DNA from: the human T2T-CHM13v2.0 reference genome, Homo sapiens
Assembly (NCBI RefSeq): GCF_009914755.1
Contig: NC_060930.1
Reading direction: 5' to 3' (one strand)
DNA: 64,000 bases
The notes under the pieces are model-generated. The model worked only from the letters and a program-made list of their open reading frames with translations, made no database searches and had not been told where the DNA came from. The position numbers and the translations under genes are program-made. Below are positions 1 to 13,539 of the stretch, piece by piece (position 1 is the stretch's first letter; each line of letters opens with the position of its first letter).

Positions 1-2144
1 GTTTGCTGGTTGAGGGTGGAGGTTATAATATGGGTGAGGGTGGAGGTTGTATTGTGAGTGAGGGTGGAGGTTGTAGGCTGGGTAAGGGTAGAGGTTGTAG
101 CTTGGATGAGGGTGGCAGTTGTAGGTTGGGTGATGGTGGAGGCTATAGTATGGGTGAGGGTAGAGGTTTTAGGTTGGTGAGGGTAGAGGTTGTAGGTTGG
201 GTGAGGGTGGAGGTTGTTGGCTGGTTGATGGTGGAGGTTATAGTATGGGTGAGGGTGGAGGTTTTTTGGTGATTGAGGGTGGAGGTTGTAGGCTGGGTAA
301 GGGTAGATAGAGATTGTAGCTTGGATGAGGGTGGCGGTTGTAGGCTGGGTGAGGGTGGTGGTTGTAGGTTGGGTGATGGTGGAGGTTATAGTATGGGTGA
401 GGGTAGAGGTTTTAGGTTGGTGAGGGTAGAGGTTGTAGGTTGGGTGAGGGTGGAGGTTGTTGGCTGGTTGATGGTGGAGGTTATAGTATGGGTGAGGGTG
501 GAGGTTTGGTGATTGAGGGTGGAGGTTGTAGGCTAGGTGAGGGTAGAGGTTGTAGGTTGAGTGAGGGTGGAGGTTGTAGGTTGGGTGAGGTTGTAGATTA
601 GAGGCTGGGTGAGGGTGTTGGTTGTTGTCTGGGTGAGAGTGGGGGTTGTAGGCTGGGTGAGGGTGGAGGTTGTAGGTTGGATAAGGGTGGAGGTTGTAGG
701 TTGGGTGAGGATGGAGGTTGTTGGCTGGGTGAGGATGGAGGTTGTAGGTTGAGTCAGGGTGGAGGTTGTAGGTTGGGTGAGGGTGGAGGTTGTAGGCTGA
801 GTGAGGGTGGAGGTTGTAGGTTGGGTGAGGGTGGAGGTTGTAGGCCGAGTGAGGGTGGAGGTTGTAGGCTGGGTGAGGGTGGAGGTTGTTAGCTAGGTAA
901 GGGTGGAGGTTGTAGGTTGGGTGAGGCTGGAGATTATTGGCTGGAGGAGGGTGGAGGTTGTAGGTTGGGTGAGGATGGAGGTTGTAGGTTGGGTTAGGGT
1001 GGAGGTTGTTGTCTGGGTGAGGGTGGAGGTTGTAGGTTGTGTGAGGATGGAGATTGTTGGCTGGATGAGGGTGGAGGTTGTAGGTTGGGTGAGGGTGGAG
1101 GTTGTAGGTTGGGTGAGGATGGAAGTTGTAGGTTGGGTGAGGTTGTAGATTATAGGTTGAGTGAGGGTGGAGGTTGTTGTCTGGGTGAGGATGGAAGTTG
1201 TTGGCTGGGTGAAGGTGGAGGTTGTAGGTTGAGTAAGGGTGGAGGTTGTAGGTTGGGTGAGGGTGGAGGTTGTAGGCTGAGTGAGGGTGGAGGTTGTAGG
1301 TTGGGTGAGGGTGGAGGTTGTTGGCTAGGTAAGGGTGGAGGTTGTAGGTTGTGTGAGGCTGGAGATTGTTGGCTGGATGAGGGTGGAGGTTGTAGGTTGG
1401 GTGAGGATGGAGGTTGTAGGTTGGGTGAGGTTGTAGATTATAGGCTGAGTGAGGGTGGAGGTTGTAGATTGGGTGAGGGTGGAGGTTGTTGACTGGGTAA
1501 GGGTAGAGGTTGTAGGTTGTGTGAGGATGGAGATTGTTGGCTGGATGAGGGTGGAGGTTGTAGGTTGGGTGAGGTTGGAGGTTGTAGGCTGGGTGAGGGT
1601 GGAGGTTGTAGGCTGAGTGAGGGTGGAGGTTGTAGGTTGGGTGAGGGTGGAGGTTGTTGGCTAGGTAAGGGTGGAGGTTGTAGGTTGTGTGAGGCTGGAG
1701 ATTGTTGGCTGGATGAGGGTGGAGGTTGTAGGTTGGGTGAGGATGGAGGTTGTAGGTTGGGTGAGGGTGGAGGTTGTAGGTAGGGTGAGGGTGGAGGTTG
1801 TAGGCTGAGTGAGGGTGGAGGTTGTAGGTTGGGTGAGGATGGAGGTTGTAGGTTGGGTGAGGTTGTAGATTATAGGCTGAGTGAGGGTGGAGGTTGTAGA
1901 TTGGGTGAGGGTGGAGGTTGTTGACTGGGTAAGGGTAGAGGTTGTAGGTTGTGTGAGGATGGAGATTGTTGGCTGGATGAGGGTGGAGGTTGTAGGTTGG
2001 GTGAGGTTGGAGGTTGTAGGCTGGGTGAGGGTGGAGGTTGTAGGTTGGGTGAGGTTGTAGATTATAGGCTGAGTGAGGGTGGAGGTTGTTGTCTGGGTGA
2101 GGGTGGAGGTTGTAGGCTGGGTGAGGGTGGAGGTTGTAGGTTGG
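1..2144. repeat. G/T-rich minisatellite, 24-bp unit (GAGGGTGGAGGTTGTAGGTTGGGT), ~89 units, running off the window start; lies in a SMOC2 intron
   Basis: Direct tandem periodicity; ORF translations repeat every 8 aa (GEGGGCRL / VRVEVVGW / TQPTTSTL). Confidence 0.97.
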
Positions 2145-3420
2145 CCTGAATAGGAAAGGCTGCTCCTCACGGTCTCTGGGGATGGGCTAGCTCTGAGAGG
2201 GCAGCCTCTTCAGCCTCTTCAGATGTCAAAGCATTAGATAAAGAAAATGAAAGTCATGGTTAATACACCCACTCTCCAAGGAACTGGCCCATGGATTGGG
2301 TTCTGATAGAAGGATATGAGTCCCTCATGGGCAAGCTAAATCCCCTAGACAATCTCTTTGGAAGGTGGCAGCACCATACAGACAACTGTTGTGAGCCGCA
2401 TATCCTGATTTCAAAAGGTTGTCAGTTCCTTCTAGGACTGGTCCGCATTGCTCTCTGCTAAGGCTGAGCAGGACCCTGGTGTTGAAGGATACATGGAGTT
2501 CTCAGTAGCGCTGGGAGAAAGCTCTGGGAGGAAATGTTTTTTCATTGCATATATTGATAGACTGAAATGAAGGTAACTTTTATGAGTCATGACCTTCCAT
2601 GGGTCACGCTTCATGCAAGTGACTACAGAATCGCGATGGCTTAGGACCCAAGCGTTTCCTTCTGGTTCACATAGCATAGAGGCTGTGGGTTGCCACCATG
2701 CCGCCCTGGGCGGGAAGGCAGGTTCAGCGCAGGTCAGCACAGGTCTTGGGAAGATGTGGCAGAGAAGCATGAGAGGCTGAGCCACTCGCACAGCCACAAG
2801 GGAGGTGGATGCTCAGAGATGGAGCCTCTCAGCCTCCCACCTTCCAAAGGCCCGAGCCGCAGTGTGGGGCAGGGAAGGGGCATGGATGGGCTGGAGTTCT
2901 TAGCCCCTGGCGAGGAAGAATGGATGGATTTTGGAGCACAGCGCGATCTCTTCTGATGCCATTGTCTTAGGTGAAAAGTTTAAGTTGCTGCAGAAGTTAG
3001 AGTTCTCTTCTTCAGATCCCTCTGAATAATCTGATATGTCTCATTTTTACTGTCTTCTTAGTAATCAAGAAGAAAGAATATGATCGCTCCTAGCAAAATA
3101 AACTGCAGTTTGGCAAAAGAGGCAATTTGGTCATGGTCAAAAATGAACATTGTGGTCTTGGATACATATTTAGCTGATTTTGCAGCCCTTTCATTTTCCT
3201 TACAGAATTTTTTTTTTGACTTAAAAAAATTCATTATCAGTTATATGTTTTGTACCCTGTATAGTTTACAATAGTGAAAAGTCAGAAAAACCTAAAGATC
3301 CAGGAAGAAATTAGTGAGAACATTCTAAATATCCACACTGTTGCTAAGTTTTTTTTGTTTCCTATATTTTTGCTCACTACTGAACAATGCGCTTTTTATT
3401 CTAAAAAATATGAGAAATCA

Positions 3421-3733
<313 letters not shown>

Positions 3734-4229
3734 TTAATTTACAGCTACTTCTTTTTATAACTTTAATCTACAGCTACTTCTAACTCCCAGGGAGAATTCT
3801 ATTAATCAGCAAGCAATACAAAAAAAACTGGCAATTGTTGAATAGCCAAATTGGCTCAGAATAGATTCAAAGTATCACTCCAATAGTATTTGAATTTGAA
3901 CCGTTGGCTGAAAAGCCTATATTTTTTCCTGTAAAGTAGTCATTCCAGGCAAGACAAGTAGAGGAACAGCAGCACTCATTTTGGCACTTAGACCATTGAA
4001 ACCAACTATTTAAAAAAATCATAGATTTAGCCACTGCTCGATGTTTTTGCAATTTACCTAATTGCAAATTGTTTTTCACCTTTTCATACTCTGTTTCTAT
4101 TTGCGTTATGGCAAGGGAAGACAGTTTGAAAATAGAGCAATTTTGCTCTTTACTCCATGTTTTTTATTGAGTGGATAGAAATCAACAGTTAATCAAGGAA
4201 TATGGGATGAAGGATACTTCCCTCATCTA

Positions 4230-5330
4230 TTGATTCATTTGAAAACTATTGACCAAGTACTTTCTGCTCTAGATATTGACAGAATAACAGTAAACACACA
4301 GGAATGTGTGTCTCTTTAAGGCTTATACTTTGGTGTGGAAGCGAGTCATCAGATAAATAAGAAACCCCACAGCACGATAGGGGTTGCTTGTGGAGGAGGC
4401 AGAAGGGAAGGTCAGGAGGGCTGGAACGTTAGATGGGGGCAGGGAGGAGGCCCTGCAAGGTGCGAGTGAGTGGAGACTGGAGGAGCAGAGGAGAACCAAG
4501 GGCCGTCGGGTGGAGAGCAGCCTGCAGAGGACAGCAGGAACGCCATGCCCAGCAAGCCCCAGGGGTGGGGAGAAGTCGGGCACTGGAGAGGAACAGGCAT
4601 CCGGAGTGATGTGATGCCACATGGGTGGATGGGGCAGAGCCCACCCCGCCTCCAGCATAGCCCAGAAGCCTCTGGCTGCTTCTCTGAGTGAGGCCATTGG
4701 AAGGCTTGGGTGGAATGTTTTAGAGGACTGCTGGTTTCCATGTTTGTGTAGACAACAGATGGGAAGGGCTGAAGGAGGAGAGTGGTGAGGTGTCTGCTCG
4801 GGTCCACGTGGGAGAGGTGGGCGGTTCCGGCCACGGAGCAGCCTGTGCGAGGAGTGTCGGGCTCTGGATAGACTTTGGGTGTAGAGCCTGAGGGATTTGC
4901 TCCCAGGTGAGATGAGGAAGGTAGGAGAAGAGAGGCGTGATCATGACTCCCAAAGTTTGCCCTGAGCAGCTCAAGAATGGGGTTACTGTGTCCTGAGGAT
5001 GGAATACGTCAGAAAGTAGGTTTGCAAGGGAAGATAATGAGTCCAGTTGGGTCCTGTTTCTTTTGAGCTGCCTATTGAATGAAACTCCACATGGAGATAA
5101 CGAAGTTGGATCTGATAATCTGGACTGAGGAGAGAAAGAGGTCCATGCTGAAGATTACAGCTATTTGTATCCTTGGGAGCTGTCAGGAAATAGAGAGTAT
5201 TTAAAACCCTGAGGCCAACTGAGCCCACCAGTGAGTGGGTGAAGATAGGAAAGGGATGAGGATGCTGGAGCCCCTGGGGTGCTTCTCAGAGGTTTGCATG
5301 GAGATGCAAGCGTGGAAGCTGAGCTGAGAG
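4230..5330 (-). mobile_element. Degraded L2 LINE 3' region
   Basis: TTCATT-type tail followed by purine-rich L2-like blocks (ATGACTCCCAAAGTTTG...GAGTCCAGTTGGG...TTTGAGCTGCCTATTG); boundaries approximate. Confidence 0.55.
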
Positions 5331-5746
5331 CAGGAAGGAGACTTTCCCAGGAAGCTCCGCTGTGCAGAGGGCGGTGAAGCCAGGAGACGGACAGCACAGC
5401 TCCCTCGGGCTTTGACTCTACTCGAAGCTTTGAAAAAAACTATTTTGAGCCAAACACGTTCATCTCTCCTGATTTTAATATAGAAGCAAAAGACTTCAAA
5501 GAGCTCTTGTTGGGGCATTGCTGATGGCTTCACTTCCGGCACCCCAGGGACGTGAATCCCCCGCCTTCTGGGGAAAGGTTGAGAAACATCTAGAATTCAG
5601 CTCTCCAGGGAAGGTGGATTTACCTTAGAGTTTGGGGTAAAGTAAAACATTCTTCTAAGGCTGGACTAGAGAATCTGTATTGTTAGAAAGTACTTACATA
5701 GTTACTTTCATGATCCAGTACTCATAATTTGTGTTGAATGTATATA

Positions 5747-6020
5747 TAGTTAGCTCTTCTGTGGATTCAAGCAAACTTGCATCAAAAATGCTCAGAGAAA
5801 GAAAAGATGCAAATAAAAAAATGTAGTATAGCAAGTATTTACACAGCATTTACATTGCATTAAGCATTATAAGTAGTCTACAGATGATTTAAAGTATATA
5901 GGAGGTGTTCAGATTATATTAAAATATTACACGATAATATATAAGAAGCTTGAGAATTGGAGGATTTTGATATGCAGGGGTCCTGGAACCAATCCCTTCT
6001 GGATACTGAGGAATGACTGT
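5747..6020 (-). mobile_element. MER2-like (TcMar-Tigger) DNA transposon fossil
   Basis: GGGGTCCTGGAACCAATCCC...GGATACTGAGGAATGACTG-TA terminus and TATTTACACAGCATTTACATTG internal motif. Confidence 0.75.
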
Positions 6021-6163
6021 ATGTGGTTTTTTTCATATAAATGAGTTTGCCAATTGATAACACCTTCCTAAAGTGATGTGGACTCCTTCCTGAAATTGTG
6101 TTGAACCTTTCATTAAATAATGAGTCTCTGATTTTTAATAATATCTTTTTTTTTTCCTGCTAG

Positions 6164-6201
6164 CCCCCAGAGGTCATGCTGAAAGTACGTCTAATAGACA
6201 G
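6164..6201 (+). CDS. SMOC2: SMOC2 (SPARC-related modular calcium-binding protein 2) penultimate coding exon, (T)PRGHAESTSNRQ
   Basis: Polypyrimidine tract + TAG acceptor (6161-6163) and CAG|GTAAGT donor. The translation matches the SMOC2 C-terminus as I recall it (...RHTPRGHAESTSNRQPRKQG). Confidence 0.96.
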
Positions 6202-6465
6202 GTAAGTATGTTTATATTTTACTCTTAACCATTTCGTTTTTAAATTATAAACAATAAAAATTCAGAGTTATGTAGATTTGCAATGGCCAGTACCTTCCAA
6301 GAAAATAAATAATTCAAGGGAGGCAAGCTTACTGACTACACCCTATGGGGACTAAAGCAGCCTTGCCGAATTCTATCCGAAATCACCAACTTGTTTGAAA
6401 AAAGTTTATTATTTGAACTTTCATTTATTAAGAAAAATTTCTGAGTTTCCTTGTTTGGTAGATCT

Positions 6466-6582
6466 TTTTTTTTTTTTTTTTTTTTAAGAGAAGGGGTTCT
6501 GCCATGTTGCCCAGGCTAGTTTCGAACTCACAGGCTCAAGCAATCCACCTGGGATTACAGGCATGCGCCACCGTACCCGGCT
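6466..6582 (-). mobile_element. Truncated Alu monomer (FLAM/AluJ-like) with poly-T
   Basis: T-tract, GCCATGTTGCCCAGGCT...GGATTACAGGCATGCGCCACCGTACCCGGC. Confidence 0.85.
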
Positions 6583-8479
6583 GAATTTTTTCAAGCAATT
6601 GTCTGAGTGTTTGTAATTTGGTTCCTCCATTTTGTCAGGGAGGTTGCAGGAACAGGAGGCATCCTGCATAAGCAGGTGCATTTCTGCTTCTTTTGGGGTC
6701 CCAGCAAGACAAGTGTTGGGCTCCAAAAGGGGCTTTCGGCTCCTGCTGTGTGTTCACAAACATGTGTTGTGTTTCTGGCTCTCCCTCTCAATTTGCAAGT
6801 AAAGGATGCAATGGTGGTGTCCTCCAGACCCAAAGCCACAACCCATCGCAAGTCAAGAACACTTTCCAGAAGATAAACATGAGTGGGTTCATGTCTCTCT
6901 CCTTCAAAGCCAGGACAAAATCCCCACTTCTTTGCTGCCGCGAGTCAATTTGTGATTTATTTTGTCTGCACCTGTTTGATGCCAGGTCGACATTTCCTAA
7001 GGCAAGCCCCTGTATTTGTTGTGGATTTAAGTGGAGGCGGCCAGCACACACCTTGGATGTAATTTAAAACCATTTCCTGAGGAAAGATGTGTGATATGCT
7101 TTCCTTTGTTTAGCAAATGTTTATGGTTTTAACTTTAAATCTCACCGCAAATCACTTACACTTGAAAACAGGGCTGGTCTGAAAGTAATTACCCTCCCTG
7201 AGTGCCAAGACCTCCAGAAGTTGTTTTCATTCCCGAATGGCAATCACTGTACTCATGCGCTCCACGCATCTTAAATAAACTCAGTTCAAAGCACATGCCT
7301 CCTGCTTCAGCTCTTTTTTCCAAAAAGAGAAACAGAAGCAGGTTCCCCCTCCTTTTATAGTGCCTGCGTGGACACGCGGACCTCCATGCCTTTCATGCTG
7401 TGGCTATGTCAGCAAACTACGATATTGGGATGATCCTAACGGGCAAGCCAGCTGCGGCTCCTACCGGCCGTGGCCATTGAAGGCCACCATGTTGCTTTGA
7501 AACATCTCAAAGAATAACATAGTGCCAGCCAGCAAGGGTTTCACCATATGCATGACCCAGACAGGAACTATCAAAAGAAGGGATCACGGGAAGGTGCATG
7601 ATGCTAATGTGGAATCCAGAGGAGCTCTTTCCTGATCTCTTCAGCTTCCGCTGCCACTCCAGAATCATCAGAGCTGATATTAAATAAGTTAAAATGTTAG
7701 TCCACCGTCTCCTCCTGCAATCCTAACCATCTTTTGAGACTGTTAGAATACTTTGACGGGTTGTCTTTCTGTGCAACTAATTTAAACCTCAAGTTTAGTG
7801 TAGGAGATGGGTTTGTCTTCTCACCTCTTCAGATCTTTATCAAGGGGGAATAAAAGCCAACCCAGAAACCTAAACTTTAAAATTTAATTATTTGAAATAA
7901 TAAAACAGAAGAAGGGATCAACATTTGTCGGAATTGGCACTCTTGGAAAACTAAGTCTAGGAGATCATATATTGCTTTTTTTTTTTCATTCTAAATTACT
8001 TTTAATTGAAAGTCAAGATGCTGAGTTACAGTTGTTTATCATTATAATAAGCAAACTTTTTAAGTTGGATTTCTTCTTAAAGAGGTAAACTAGTGAACAA
8101 AAAAGATAAAAAGGAAAATTAAGAATCAACTATGCCTTTATCAAATTTGAAGCATAAGTTATATTATTAAAATTATTTTTGTATAATCAAGGTGATAAGA
8201 CATTCTGGAAAACATTTAATGTATTTAGTACTTAGAATATTTACAGTGGATGTTACTTTTTTGAAACGATATATTTTTCCCAATTTTTCTATCATGTCAA
8301 GGAAGGAAACTGTTAAGAAGTTACCAGTGTCCAAAATGTCTTCATTGTTTCTTACACCTCACATGACCTGCCCAGCCCTCTTTGGTTCAGTTCATTCCCA
8401 GAAGCCAAGCCTTAGTCTTCACAGATGAGCGACACACACCTCTGAATATAATGTCTCTTTTTTGTTTTTTCCTTTTCAG

Positions 8480-8497
8480 CCAAGGAAACAAGGATAA
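8480..8497 (+). CDS. SMOC2: SMOC2 last coding exon: PRKQG-stop
   Basis: TTTTTTCCTTTTCAG acceptor, then CCA AGG AAA CAA GGA TAA in phase 0 with the upstream exon. Confidence 0.96.
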   Translation, partial: PRKQG

Positions 8498-10051
8498 ATG
8501 GCTCATACCCCGAAGGCAGTTCCTAGACACATGGGAAATTTCCCTCACCAAAGAGCAATTAAGAAAACAAAAACAGAAACACATAGTATTTGCACTTTGT
8601 ACTTTAAATGTAAATTCACTTTGTAGAAATGAGCTATTTAAACAGACTGTTTTAATCTGTGAAAATGGAGAGCTGGCTTCAGAAAATTAATCACATACAA
8701 TGTATGTGTCCTCTTTTGACCTTGGAAATCTGTATGTGGTGGAGAAGTATTTGAATGCATTTAGGCTTAATTTCTTCGCCTTCCACATGTTAACAGTAGA
8801 GCTCTATGCACTCCGGCTGCAATCGTATGGCTTTCTCTAACCCCTGCAGTCACTTCCAGATGCCTGTGCTTACAGCATTGTGGAATCATGTTGGAAGCTC
8901 CACATGTCCATGGAAGTTTGTGATGTACGGCCGACCCTACAGGCAGTTAACATGCATGGGCTGGTTTGTTTCTTGGGATTTTCTGTTAGTTTGTCTTGTT
9001 TTGCTTTCCAGAGATCTTGCTCATACAATGAATCACGCAACCACTAAAGCTATCCAGTTAAGTGCAGGTAGTTCCCCTGGAGGAAATAATATTTTCAAAC
9101 TGTCGTTGGTGTGATACTTTGGCTCAAAGGATCTTTGCTTTTCCATTTTAAGCTTCTGTTTTGAGTTTTGCCCTGGGGCTTGAATGAGTCCCAGAGAGTC
9201 GTTCGGATGGTGGGAGGCTGCCTAGGAGGCAGTAAATCCAGTCACAGTGCCTGGGAGGGGCCCATCCTTCCAAAATGTAAATCCAGTCTCGGTGTGACCG
9301 AGCTGGCTAACAGGCTTGTCTGCCTGGTTTTCCTCCTACACGTGGACATTATTCTCCTGATCCTCCTACCTGGTCCACCCCAGGGCTACCGGAAGGTAAA
9401 ATCTTCACCTGAACCAATTATGAGCAGTCTCCTTACTGAAGGTACAGCCGGATACGTGGTGCCCCCGGGGCTGGTGTTGGCAGCCGGGGGGAGGTGCCTG
9501 AGGGTCCCCACGGTTCCTTTCTGCTTTTCTGAATGCATCAAGGGTACGAGAACTTGCCAATGGGAAATTCATCCGAGTGGCACTGGCAGAGAAGGATAGG
9601 AGTGGAATGCCCACACAGTGACCAACAGAACTGGTCTGCGTGCATAACCAGCTGCCACCCTCAGGCCTGGGCCCCAGAGCTCAGGGCACCCAGTGTCTTA
9701 AGGAACCATTTGGAGGACAGTCTGAGAGCAGGAACTTCAAGCTGTGATTCTATCTCGGCTCAGACTTTTGGTTGGAAAAAGATCTTCATGGCCCCAAATC
9801 CCCTGAGACATGCCTTGTAGAATGATTTTGTGATGTTGTGATGCTTGTGGAGCATCGCGTAAGGCTTCTTGCTTATTTAAACTGTGCAAGGTAAAAATCA
9901 AGCCTTTGGAGCCACAGAACCAGCTCAAGTACATGCCAATGTTGTTTAAGAAACAGTTATGATCCTAAACTTTTTGGATAATCTTTTATATTTCTGACCT
10001 TTGAATTTAATCATTGTTCTTAGATTAAAATAAAATATGCTATTGAAACTA
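8498..10051 (+). other. SMOC2: SMOC2 3'UTR (~1.55 kb; cleavage site approximate)
   Basis: Repeat-free sequence from the stop codon to the ATTAAA/AATAAA signals, followed by a T-rich downstream element. Confidence 0.85.
10024..10034 (+). terminator. SMOC2: SMOC2 polyadenylation signal (overlapping ATTAAA 10024-10029 and AATAAA 10029-10034)
   Basis: Canonical hexamers with GT/T-rich tract ~25-35 nt downstream. Confidence 0.85.
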
Positions 10052-10440
10052 TATTAGTCTTTTTTTTTTCCAGCTAATTGCAGACTTTGATCATTGCTTA
10101 ATTGTACAAGTGTCCACTGTAAGGGAGGGAAAGGTGAGGGCTCTGGGCAGAAAGAATTGGAACCCTGGCTGTGTCCCTGAGTGGTGTGTGACTTTAGACA
10201 TGACCCCTCAGTTCCTCCTCTGGGATGCGGGGATGCTGGTGGTATGAATGAACCTCCTCCTTCCACACATGGGAAGAGAATTATGTGAGTTGTTAATGTA
10301 TGTAAAGTGCTTGGAACCTGCACCCCAGGTGTGCCACGTACATGTGTTTGCCCTGACCATGTGGAAGGTCATCTGCCCGTGAGTCTTAAGTCCACACTGC
10401 CCAGTGCTGCTGACATCACCCAATGCTATGGGAAACTTCA

Positions 10441-10790
<350 letters not shown>

Positions 10791-10837
10791 AAAAGCTGGT
10801 GCTTTTCTCCAAGTTATACAACTAGAAGCCTGAGCCC

Positions 10838-11458
10838 ACTCCTCGCATTCCCCTCCCCCACACCCTGCATCCCCCACACACCTAGCATTCCCCTCCCCCA
10901 CACCTGCTGTCCCCCTCCCCCACACCTGCTGTCACCCTCCCCCACACCATCATCCCCCTCCCCCACACCCCACATCCCCACCAACCTCGCATTCCCCTCC
11001 CCCACACCCTGCGTCCCCCTACTCCTCGCATTCCCCTCCCCCACACCCCGCGTCCCCCTCCCCCACACCCTACGCCCCCCTCCCCCACGCCCCCCCTCCC
11101 CCACACCCCAGGTCCCCCTCCCCAACACCCTGCATCCCCTCCCCCACGCCTGCTGTCCCCCTCCCCCACACCTGCTGTCACCCTCCCCCACACCATCATC
11201 CCCATCCCCGACACCCCACATCCCCACCAACCTCGCATTCCCCTCCCCCACACCCTGCGTCCCCCCCACTCCTCACATTCCCCTCCCCTACACCCCGCGT
11301 CCCCCTCCCCCACACCCTACGTCCCCCTCCCCCACACCCCACGGCCCCCCCCACACCCCAGGTCCCCCTCCCCAACACCCTGCATCCCCGTCCCCCACAC
11401 CCCACGCCCCCCACAACATCCTGCGTCCCCCTCCCCCGCACTGGCATCCCTGCCTCGC
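10838..11458. repeat. C-rich minisatellite (~22-23-bp unit around CCCCTCCCCCACACC) with a 243-bp higher-order duplication
   Basis: Direct periodicity; the peptide block CCPPPPHLLSPSPTPSSPSPTPHIPTNLAFPSPTPCVP recurs 81 codons later. Confidence 0.95.
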
Positions 11459-12116
11459 TTAGGCCCTCGTGTTTTCCTTGGACTGTTGTGGTAGCATCTT
11501 AACGGGACACACTTCCTCCAGGATTCGTTACTGCCTCCTGGTCCTGGTAAGTTCCCCCAGCCCACCCCAACCCCACACACAATTTTCTTTCTATTCAGAA
11601 AAAAAGTGATCTTTGTAAAACTGTCTTAGCATTGGCCATGACGATTGTGCAGTAAAGACAGTGCTGTGAAGGGCATTAGCACAGGGCTGCTGTCAGGGAA
11701 AGCTCTAGCGGAGGTGGAGCTTCAACTGGGATTTGAAGTAGGTAGGAGAGAATGAAGTGTCCAAGAAGTCTGAAAGAGCTTGAAAAGATAGGAAGGGAAA
11801 GAGAGTGGGGAGGCATGGAGCCGGTGCAGGTGGTTCTTATTGCAAAATATTAAGATTGCAAATCCAAACCAGAAATCTTTCTCTTACCTAGGCCATGTGG
11901 CTGCTTCTAGTGAAAGATGCCTCCTTCCCCAAACCATCCCCCACTCTCCTCCTTATGTCTGAAAAGGCTTGCCTGCATTTTTGTCAAAAATATCTTGGTT
12001 GGACATTTATTTTAGAAGCATACTGACCAACTCATAAATCATGCCCATCATTGCCACACCAGAAATATTTTAAATGATCCAGGTGAATGTTTTCAGCTTT
12101 TTTTTTTTTGGAATCA

Positions 12117-12526
<410 letters not shown>

Positions 12527-13539
12527 TTATACAATGCTCATTTGTCTTTGTCTTTATCCCTGTGTGTTGTCTGAGGTTGGTCAGTCTAGTATGGGTCTAG
12601 TATGGTAGTCTGGGCTCTGCTGAACTGGCCGTGTGCTTCAGGATGGGCACGGGTGGGCTGGAGTCTCATCCTTCTGGGACTCATGGGTCATGAGGGGCAG
12701 GCTCCTGCACAGCTGCGGCTGAAATGCAAGGAAGTCAGCAGGACTGCACAAGCACACTTCAAGCCTCAGCTGTGGCCTGTCTGCTAATATCTGCTGGGGG
12801 AAGTCTGTCATGTGGGTCAGAGCAAGTCACAGGGCTATGGCAGGGAGTGGATGCAGAACGCCCCTCACAGTTATGAAATCTCACCACTCAAACTCCCATC
12901 GACACACGCTTGTCTGCTGAACCTCCTTCTGACAAAGCAGAAAGGCCGGGGAAGGGCGTGCACACTGGGGCAGTGTCAGGCAGTGGGAAGTCGCAGATAC
13001 GGGGGTTAAACTAAAATGGAACAGGGGCCTCCCAGCTTACCAGCAGCATGACCTGCAGGCCGCAGGATCCCAGCCTCCTCAATTTCAGACCCTGGACCAG
13101 AAAATGGTGTCATTGACATCTCCCCCTCAGAGCTACTGTACGTGGAACAGGAGATTGTACGTGTAAAGCCTGATGTGAAACAGGCACTCAACACAGGCCA
13201 TCAGGAACTCAAATATGGGTGTCAGAACCATTTTGTGTCAAATGATTCTGAATTTTCCTCTTGAAAGAGAATAAAGGATGGGGAAAATTGAATCCACAAA
13301 CCTGAGCAATACACATCAGGTCAAAATTGCAGGTCTTAACCACCTACAGAAGGAAACTCTCCAAAGGTGATAGGGGAATTTTATGCTGACTCCTCAGAAG
13401 TGCTAGCAATTGACTTTGCTTATAAGAAATAGAAAATGGAAAACCAAATCCCAGTGGCCTAAGTCCACGAGTTATTTTTCTCAGTTAACAAGAGGACAGG
13501 CATAAATCGAACCTGTGTGTTGATGCAGACAGCCGCGCC

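Noticed and set aside
3-2170. Gly/Cys-rich, Val-rich and Thr/Pro mucin-like ORFs
   Set aside because: Translations of the 24-bp minisatellite in an intron; no splice or gene context.
8692-8708. Small hairpin CACATAC-AAT-GTATGTG in the SMOC2 3'UTR as a Roquin CDE
   Set aside because: Loop AAU does not fit the Py-Pu-Py CDE triloop, and short hairpins are common by chance.
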